Below, piece after piece: positions 20,548 to 30,574 of a DNA stretch of 33,134 nt (position 1 is the first letter of the stretch; the number at the start of each line of letters is the position of its first letter). The notes below the pieces were generated by a model, which saw only the letters and a program-made list of their open reading frames with translations, was not told the DNA's origin and ran no database searches. A program made the translations under genes and the position numbers. The stretch is from Chrysochromulina tobinii (taxonomy: Eukaryota), in NCBI GenBank assembly GCA_001275005.1, contig JWZX01002795.1, positions 1 through 33,134 of the forward strand, given 5' to 3'.

Positions 20548-20882
20548 CATGTCGAGGGCGCTTTGCCATCCGTCGACGAGCGCGAGTATCAACAAACAAA
20601 ACCCGATATGAATACCCTCAACGTCCCATATTTTACCAGCAGCAGATTAGACCAGGATATTTTTTTGGTATTTTAGTGCCGTATTAGTGAGCGGCGTGAC
20701 CCTGACCTGTCCGGCTTTCTGTGTACAGAAGTATCGATATCCACACGTAGTCACCCAGCACGCCGAACTGAGCGGACCGGACGGCGGACGAGCACTGTCG
20801 CTTACGATCTAGTACAAACCTCGGTTCGATCTCGATAAAATCGTCGAAAAGCCGTAGGGCTCATCGCACGAATGTCCTCACG

Positions 20883-22646
20883 CTATTCGGATGGCGGGAA
20901 GAGCTGCAGCAGGTGCTCGGCCGCCTGGTCGGCATTCCCCTGACACTCTCTGAGCACGTCGAGCAAGGCAGCAAGGTCGATGTGGGGAAACATGAGCGTG
21001 AGGGCCTCGAGCCCGTGCGATGCGTCTCCCCCCGCGTTCGCGTCCACCGAGATCCTGCTTGTGTGCTGCCACTGGAGGTACACGTAGTCAGCACTCGCGA
21101 GGTGCCTCTGCATGTCCATCTCGCGCGCTGAGATCAGGAGGCGCTCGGCTGGCGGCGGCGGCGGCGGCGGCGGAGCTGCGATCGATCTGGCGGCGACGCC
21201 GATGCCCCCGCACTTTTGATGCAGCCCGGCCCACGTGCCCCACGGGTCGAGCATGGCGCCCACGTTGCCACCTGTTGGCGCTTTGGTCTCTTCGAACGCC
21301 GGGCCGCTCACCCGAAAGTAGACCGCGTAGCGGATGTCTGCGCTCATGTTGGGAGCGATGAGATGAGCCGTCAAGTAATTCATCAAAAAAACGTCCCCGG
21401 CTTTGCCAGTGCAATGGACGACCGGACGATCGAAGAGAGCATCGGTCTGGGCTCTCGGCAGGTGCTCCCCGCCCTCGACGCGCAGCTTCTCGAGCACATC
21501 TCGATTCCTCTCAAAGTACTTTGAGAGTGCGATGTGGCTGCCCGGATAGCAGACTAGCTCTCCAGCCATTGTCCCCTTGTCGAAAGTGTCGCTCAGCAGC
21601 ACGCCGATGAGGACGTTGAAGTTGTGAATGGTGCCAAAGTGGTCGGTAACACCAGGTAGGAAATCGCTCGGGCAGCCATCAATATGCCATCCCTTCCGGA
21701 TACCCTCAAAATGTGCCGCCGAAATCGAACCCTGAGTGCCAAGCTTCGAGCCAGGAGGGCATAGGTCGCCCGGAAAGCGCAGCGCGAGCTGGCCCGAATC
21801 AAGCCGTTGCCTGTACCAGTCCTCGTGGCCTCCGAGCAGCTCGGCGAGGATGGCGGGCACGGCCGAATCGCGCACGAGGCTCAAGATCGCCGGGTGCGAC
21901 GCGAAGGTCTTCGCCTTGAACGCATCGCTGGTCTTGCTGCCATCGCCCAGCTGTCGATTGATCTCGCCACGCGCCGTGAGCACAATGTCCAGCGGCACGA
22001 GACCGCCGAGCTTGCAGAAGCCGTCGTTGCGAAACGCCGTGCAGAAGGCGGATGTGAGCTTCGAGAGCGCCGTGTGCTTCGCCGCCTCGCGATCCGACTC
22101 CGCCTTGGCGGCGTCTGCACGCATCTGCTCGAAATAGCTCGCCAGATCGTCGCCGCCTCCGAGGACGAGGCGGCGGGTCGTGTCGTTGCGAGGCACGAAG
22201 ACGATTTTACCGGTGTTGCCCTTCTGCACGCCTAGGCACACGTTTTGGGGATTGTGCTTCGGTGACACTGTCCCGTCTGAGTTGAAGACGTACTCCTTGG
22301 CCCACTCCTTGTGCTCCAGGCAGCCCCACATGTGAATGTCCGTCTCGGGATCTTTCTTATCGTGATCGCTCTCGAGCCACTGCACCTTCTCGCTATCGCG
22401 ATATATAATGCAGCCGTTCAGCATGCTGCCTTCAATGACAAAGTCGCAAGCATCGCGAGCCAACCCGACGCGAAGCTGGGACCACACGCCGTTCAGCTGC
22501 TTCTTCTGCTCTTTCGGATACGGCGATTCGAACGTATGCGTGTGCTTGTATTTGTCCACGATGAGCACCTTTCGGCCTGCCCCAAGCCAGGAGCACGGAG
22601 GCGACTTGACGATGAGGATGGTCATGTTGCAAGTTTGGTGTTTCAT
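20883..22646 (-). CDS. PhyH-family Fe(II)/2-oxoglutarate dioxygenase with C-terminal CUE domain and possible N-terminal ricin-B-lectin-like region
   Basis: PhyH motifs FRNDGFCKLGGLVP, GWHIDG (HxD at 21686-21678), GELVCYPGSH, KAGDVFLMNYLTAH and IRYAVYFR. CUE domain LEALTLMFPHIDLAALLDVLRECQGNADQAAEHLL. Start is ATG 22646 or 22625. Confidence 0.85.
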   Translation of the reverse strand: MKHQTCNMTILIVKSPPCSWLGAGRKVLIVDKYKHTHTFESPYPKEQKKQLNGVWSQLRVGLARDACDFVIEGSMLNGCIIYRDSEKVQWLESDHDKKDPETDIHMWGCLEHKEWAKEYVFNSDGTVSPKHNPQNVCLGVQKGNTGKIVFVPRNDTTRRLVLGGGDDLASYFEQMRADAAKAESDREAAKHTALSKLTSAFCTAFRNDGFCKLGGLVPLDIVLTARGEINRQLGDGSKTSDAFKAKTFASHPAILSLVRDSAVPAILAELLGGHEDWYRQRLDSGQLALRFPGDLCPPGSKLGTQGSISAAHFEGIRKGWHIDGCPSDFLPGVTDHFGTIHNFNVLIGVLLSDTFDKGTMAGELVCYPGSHIALSKYFERNRDVLEKLRVEGGEHLPRAQTDALFDRPVVHCTGKAGDVFLMNYLTAHLIAPNMSADIRYAVYFRVSGPAFEETKAPTGGNVGAMLDPWGTWAGLHQKCGGIGVAARSIAAPPPPPPPPAERLLISAREMDMQRHLASADYVYLQWQHTSRISVDANAGGDASHGLEALTLMFPHIDLAALLDVLRECQGNADQAAEHLLQLFPPSE

Positions 22647-23380
22647 GTTAATACACACAACACGTACAAATGTTTCACACCCAAATTCACGTGGCAGTGT
22701 TTCGTGTGGTAGTGGCTGGTCGGTACCTTGTGTGTCGATTCAACTGACCCTTTCGCAAACATAGCCGCTAGGCACTACCTGAGAAATCCTCAATCAGTAG
22801 TCATTTAGTCTGTTCGTTTTTGTTGCGGTCCCTCCGCGCTCAGCGCGCGCGCCGACGAGGGGGCGTGTTCTGGAACGGGTAATCAAGATGTTGCTCGCCG
22901 CAGGCGCGAAATTTTAGCGATTTTGAGTGCAAATCACTACATTTTGGCCCTGAAATTGATGCCATTCACGACACTATTGACAAGGACTATTGACTCATTG
23001 TACTCGTCTCTCGGGCTCCTCAATTTCGCTAGTGAGGTCGCGGTCTCTCCCAGCACACAGTGTGGTCCCTGGTGCTCGCTGCCCTATACTACCGGGCCCG
23101 GGATTGTGATAGGCAATCAGGTGGGGGGTGGGGGGAGGGGTGGGTGCGGAAAACGAGAGGATCACATTCTTGAGAGCGACGCGTCCTCTATGAGTCAACA
23201 TATTACGAGCTACCTGCCGGAGTTCCGTACTTTCCGACGGGTTTGCAACGTATCGCAGCACGTTAACGAGCACTGAGTCCAGCTCACTCGAAGAAGCTGC
23301 TGCTAACAGCTTAGCGGGCGGAACGCGGGGATCTCCTCGCCCGATTGGTCTCTGATCCGATCACCGATCTCTGGATCCCC

Positions 23381-24532
23381 TCAGCTCACGATGCACACCT
23401 GCGTCGTCTTGGCGTCGCCCTGGATCTTCACGTCGGCCAGGTCGACGGCGGCCGAGGGCTCGCTCTTCTTGCCGCCAAAGAGCCAGCTCAAGAGGCGGCT
23501 GAGGAGCCCCGGCTTAGCGGGGGCGTCCGCCGCCGCCGCTGCGCCGCTGTTGCCTGTCGTCGTGGGCTTGGCGGCGGCGGCGACCTTGGGCTTGGCGGCG
23601 GCGGCGGCGGCTGCGGTGGCGGCGGCGACCTTGGGCTTGGCAGCGGCGGCGGCTGCGGTGGCGGCGGCGACCTTGGGCTTGGCAGCGGCGGTGGTGGCGG
23701 CTGCGGTGGCGGCGGCCTTGGCGCGCTTGGCGACGATCGCCTCGGCCGCCTCGGCCGCGGCCGAGAACCACTTGGCTTCGTACATGCATTCACGCTTCAC
23801 GTTTCCCAAATCGACGATGCTCTGCCCACAAGGGCACTCGGCGCCTTCGGTGGTGGGGGTGGCGACGCGCACCTCGCTCACCTTACCGCCGGTGAGTCCC
23901 TCGACCTCCTCGACGACGAGTTCGCACCAGCAGCCGGTAGGGTCGGCGGCGAGAGGCGCCCAGTTCTTGCCACCGCCGCTCGGCGGAGAGAAGTCATGGA
24001 TGGCGCTTGAATGGTTGACGTACTTGCCCGCCGCCTCGTCCACCCAGCCCGTCATGCGGAACTGGGCGGCGAGGCCAGCGTACGCGAGATCCCAGGCACC
24101 GATGCGCAACTTCTTGCTGGTCTCGATGACGACGCACTCGTGCGCCGCGCCGAAGACGCGCATGTCGCAGTCGACGCAGTCGCGAAGCCGGATCTGCTTC
24201 GAGGCGACAGTGATCGTGCAGCCCTTGCACTCGAAGAGCATGACGCTGCCGCACGTCGGCCCGACGACGATGCGGCAGTTGATGCACTCGGAGACCTGAA
24301 CGCGCTCCGACGCGTCCAGGATGTAGATGTTGCAGTTTTCACAGCACTCGACCTCCACGCCCACGCCCAGGCCTGGCCACTTGGAGAGCAGCGAGCCCGG
24401 CGGCTTGAGGTACGTAGCGTCTTTCTTCATCACGAGCTCGATGCCTTTGCGCGGGCGCGCGCGCTGCCCGCCCCAGGTGAAGCTCGCCAGCTCCTCGGCG
24501 TCGGGTCCACCCTCGACGCCGGACGCCGACAT
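23381..24532 (-). CDS. TBCC-domain/RP2-like protein (putative ARL3 GAP) with Ala/Lys-rich tail and C-terminal CaaX
   Basis: Beta-helix repeats VECCENCNIYILD..VQVSECINCRIVVGPTCGSVMLFECKGC..SKQIRLRDCVDC..VIETS, then YAGLAAQF and IHDFSP as in RP2 homologues. Ends in CIVS*. First ATG at 24532. Confidence 0.85.
   Translation of the reverse strand: MSASGVEGGPDAEELASFTWGGQRARPRKGIELVMKKDATYLKPPGSLLSKWPGLGVGVEVECCENCNIYILDASERVQVSECINCRIVVGPTCGSVMLFECKGCTITVASKQIRLRDCVDCDMRVFGAAHECVVIETSKKLRIGAWDLAYAGLAAQFRMTGWVDEAAGKYVNHSSAIHDFSPPSGGGKNWAPLAADPTGCWCELVVEEVEGLTGGKVSEVRVATPTTEGAECPCGQSIVDLGNVKRECMYEAKWFSAAAEAAEAIVAKRAKAAATAAATTAAAKPKVAAATAAAAAAKPKVAAATAAAAAAAKPKVAAAAKPTTTGNSGAAAAADAPAKPGLLSRLLSWLFGGKKSEPSAAVDLADVKIQGDAKTTQVCIVS
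23571..23716. repeat. Coding tandem repeat, 3 x AAAKPKVAAA(TAAAA)
   Basis: ggcggcggcgaccttgggcttggc occurs three times. Confidence 0.9.
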
Positions 24533-24802
24533 ATTGTCGGTATTTACAGTTGCTCCGTACGACGAAGTTCGCGACAACGCGCCGTCGCGTAGCCTCGACG
24601 AAGACGGCGTTGCGCGTCTGTCGAGTAGCGAATAAATGTGTATAAATTGGTTTCGGTGGCAGACCTGGTGGCAATGGAGGCGTCGACATTGTCACGTACA
24701 ATAGTAGCTGAAGCCAAGCAGTCTCCACGACAAGTGAAACACGCCAGAAGGACAGATGAGGATTGAGAGGATGACCGAGAGCGATCGCTACACGTTGGAT
24801 AG

Positions 24803-26991
<2,189 letters not shown>

Positions 26992-27673
26992 ATCCGCGCG
27001 TGCGCGCGCGACCCAAACCACACGCCGCTGCGACCGCTCCCTCTCGGGGTGACGCGTGCCCTCTGCTTGCTGGTGTGGGGAGAGACGGAGAGAGAGGCCT
27101 CTATTGCTATTGCTGCGCCGGCCTGCCGGTCCGCGGGGGGGCCGCGGCGCCATGATTCTGTGACTTAGGGGAGGCGGCCTATGGGAGTGCGCTCCGCCGC
27201 AACATGTGTGTGCTTGGGGGGTCGACCGTCCGTGGGCGGGCGGGGCATGCCCCGCATGGCTGTGGGCGATCTGGCTTGATGTGGAGTCTTTCTTTTGCGG
27301 GTAGAGAGCGTGACTGCGACAAGAGACACAATGGTATCGTAATGGTGTGGTGTGGGTCTGTGGGACCGGCCGCACTCTAATTCGGGGCTTTCAACCATGG
27401 GCGCGGTGCGGCGGGTACCGGGGAGCGGCGGTTTGCTCCCGACGGTAAATTAGCGCACGCGCCACCGACAAGAACACAAACGATCAACTCGATGGTCCGC
27501 GCGGCGCGCGGTAACCGCGCGGATTGGGATTCGCCCCGCGTCGCTCGCACACGCCTTCCCTGCACCCCTGCCTTGGCGCACCTTCCAACCGGATCCTAAG
27601 TCGATCGCTACCAGGGGGCGTCCGCCGTGCCCGTGGCGCCCTCGATGCACCGTGGCGATCCTGAGGTCGATGT

Positions 27674-28402
27674 TCACGCGCTCATGTCGACCTCGAGCAA
27701 TGCAGCCATGTCAATTTTGGTCATCGTGCCACTCAAGCCGAAGATCTCATTGAAGTCGACTGCGAGCCCAAAGTCCTCGATCAGCTTGGCTTGCACGTTC
27801 GTCGTCTCCACCACCGATTTGGGGTCCTGTGCGACGGGGGCACCATCACGAGGGGCGTTCAGCTGGGGCGACGAGGGAGCACAGACGAGTTTTGGACGAG
27901 TTCGAGAGCGGAGCAAGTGTGGAGTGGCTTAAGGGGCTGTCGGGGGGATGCGTACCTTGAGGTCTCCACCGAAGCACGCGAACACATTATTCACGTCTGA
28001 CTTATCCACTTTGTTGACTTTCTTGCCGGTCGCATCTATCGCGTCCGCGTACAGTCGCAAGAACTCGCGCAGCTGGATCTGGCCGTCTGCTTCGTCACCG
28101 TCGGCGCCATCGACAGAGTCGATCAGGGCCTTGAGCTCCTCTTCGGTGGGATTCTGACCGAGCGCGCGCAGCATCACCCCCAGCTCGACCGCATCGATCG
28201 AACCCGAGTTGTCTCTGTCGAGCGAAAAGAACATAGCTTTTGCCGCCATCATCGCTTCGTCGGGAATCTTCTTGGGCAGCTTGTGCACTGTTTGCACTCC
28301 CCAATGGGGCTCCTTATCGAAGGGCTTACGGGCGTACGACACCTGCGAGGACCCTGATCTGCCGGCTGGGGGCCGCGGTTTTGCGCTTCCTCTCCTGGAC
28401 AT
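27674..28402 (-). CDS. Calmodulin-like EF-hand protein, 2 exons
   Basis: EF-hand DRDNSGSIDAVELGVMLRALGQNPTEEELKALI and a second EF-hand DGDEADGQIQLREF. Phase-0 intron 27955-27827 (GTACGC...GCACAG) joins FGGDLK/DPKSVV. The C-lobe is degenerate. The start at ATG 28402 is uncertain. Confidence 0.85.
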
Positions 28403-28772
28403 GCCGGGCCTCTGCTCAACGACCGCACGGATCGATGAAACATTTTGATAGTTTTCAACGGGCGTGTTGTTGATGCATGTTTCCATTTCCATAATAAGAC
28501 CTTTCAGACTGTGACATGCATTGCTGTCAGTAGTGAGAGGTCCCTCTCTCCAGCGAGCAGCCGACATGGCAGCCGAGGAGCCGAGCACCCGATCCTATCC
28601 TGCTTTCCCCTCGTGGCGGGCGAGCGCACGCCGCACGCGGGCAGCAGCGGGCGAGCGATCGTGGATCGATGCATATGAGGCACTTCCACCGCGTTATCGT
28701 GCAGTTATCACACAGCGTAAACCATGGAAGTTATAAACCAAAGGGGATCGACTCCTACCCACCACGCCCCAG

Positions 28773-29555
28773 TCAGCCGCGCAGGAGGTAGATGACAACC
28801 GTGTCGCCTTCCTTCGCCTCGGCAACGGGTGCCTCGCCACCCCAATACAGACCGCACTCGGCACATATCTCGGGCAGCAAGCTGCGGGACGGGCGCAGTG
28901 GTGGGTCGACGAGCATTGCACGTGGCTCCGGCCGTGTACGGTCTCGAGGGTGCGAGAGAAGCAGGGGGGCAATTACGTCGCGCACCAGCACACGAGTGAG
29001 CGCCTTGTCGTACAGGACGTCGGAAGCCACGACAAGGTCGTACGGTCCGAGGCTGGCGAGATCTCCAGGGTGGTTCCAGTCGAGCAGGCGGGTGCTGAAA
29101 ATCGCGCTGCTTACGCCGTTTGCCTTCGCTGTGATCTCGGCGAGCTCGAGGCTCTTGGGCTGGAAGTCGGTGAGAGTGACTTTCTCAGCTCCAGCGAGAG
29201 CGGCAGCCACGCCCACCACACCCAGGCCAGCTCCAAGTTCAATGACACGGAGGCCCTTGACACTGGGCACCATCGAGCCGGTCAGCATGCGTGCAAACGC
29301 CACGGACGCGGGCCACAGCTTCTGGCCTTCGGCGTTGTCGTACGACGCCAATGCCTTTCGCTGTGCCTTGATGGCATCCACAGCGATCCCAAGAATTTCA
29401 GCCACTGCGGCGTCGGCAGCCGCGACATTCTCCTTTGGTTCCGCGACGGACATGGCTCGCCCACCGCCAAGGTCAATTTTGCGCATCGATACGCTGTCCA
29501 TCGTCAGCGCCGCCGCGCCGCCAACGATGAGCAGCAGCTTCAGGCCCCGCCGCAT
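28773..29555 (-). CDS. METTL21/Methyltransf_16-family protein methyltransferase with N-terminal signal-like peptide
   Basis: GQKLWPASVAFARML, RVIELGAGLGVVG, VTLTD, LDW and DLVVASDVLYD (DxxY) motifs. Confidence 0.9.
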   Translation of the reverse strand: MRRGLKLLLIVGGAAALTMDSVSMRKIDLGGGRAMSVAEPKENVAAADAAVAEILGIAVDAIKAQRKALASYDNAEGQKLWPASVAFARMLTGSMVPSVKGLRVIELGAGLGVVGVAAALAGAEKVTLTDFQPKSLELAEITAKANGVSSAIFSTRLLDWNHPGDLASLGPYDLVVASDVLYDKALTRVLVRDVIAPLLLSHPRDRTRPEPRAMLVDPPLRPSRSLLPEICAECGLYWGGEAPVAEAKEGDTVVIYLLRG

Positions 29556-30311
29556 TTCACGGAAATCTTGCTCTGAAAATCCCCGAATTCACCGCGCGTA
29601 TCTCCACTTGGCTTTTTTGTAGGCAATTCAAGTGCAACCCGCGGCGCCACACTCCTTTGGTCATGAAGCACCACACTACCCCCCCCCCAACTCCCCCACT
29701 TGTACAGACTCGTCATAACGACATCACTCAAACAAACCCCTCGAAGACCCACCACCCACGCATCAGAACACTATAATCTACGTCACCACCCTCCCCCACA
29801 GGGGGAGAGTGGGATCACCCCCCTCTTTAAGGGGGCGGCCACGACGTCCAACACCGCCCATGAACACCGCTACAGCAAAAAACGAAACCTCCCAACCCTC
29901 CCCCCGTCGGGAACAAGCGTGTGGTTCGAGGTGTGAATTCTCCCTGAGGGGGGTCAGTTTGTGTCAGTAGTTAAGTCAGTAGTACTGCAGACCTCTACAA
30001 ATACTGTATACTACTGAATGGTCTTACCACACCACCTGTAGACGCACGCGCCCATGTCGTTCGGGCAGGTATACGTCCTTGGTTCTAACGTTTTTCTAAC
30101 GTCCTTCCCGCTCGTAGAGCTGTAGTGAGCGCGGGGGGACCGCGACGAAACTGACGCTGACTGACTGGTCCTGTGCGTGCGTGCGCTCAGTCCTGTGCAT
30201 GCGTGCGCTAGGTATGGTCCGGTCCGACCAAGAGCGCAAACTTTCCTTCTTACTTTCCTTTGCAACGCCTACTATACTACTACTCAGCATGTACTCTGAA
30301 CTCAACATAAC

Positions 30312-30436
30312 GAGCCTACCCAAGCCTACCGCAAGCCTACACAAGCCTACCGCAAGCCTATACACAAGCCAAACAAGCCTTCACACACATGGTGAGCGCC
30401 GACAACGCCTACACAAGCATGGTGAGCGCCGACAAC
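30312..30436. repeat. Compound tandem repeat: caagcctac-type units plus a 19-bp exact duplication
   Basis: About 7 imperfect (c)aagcctac units, then catggtgagcgccgacaac at 30388-30406 and 30418-30436. Confidence 0.9.
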
Positions 30437-30574
30437 CCCGGTCCCTGCTAAAGCTAGACCAGAGGCTTAACATCGCGGTGGGTGGGAGGGAACACATCCT
30501 CTGAGGTCACATAAGTACTGGCGGCCTGACAAGAGGTTTGCAGCTGGCTCACACAGGGTGCGTGCACCCAGTGC

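Noticed and set aside
13118..24532. A ciliary gene cluster (kintoun + RP2-like)
   Set aside because: Only two genes, about 8 kb apart with unrelated genes between them; this is expected by chance in a flagellate genome.
28792..29622. 276-aa plus-strand ORF
   Set aside because: Antisense shadow of the METTL21-family gene.
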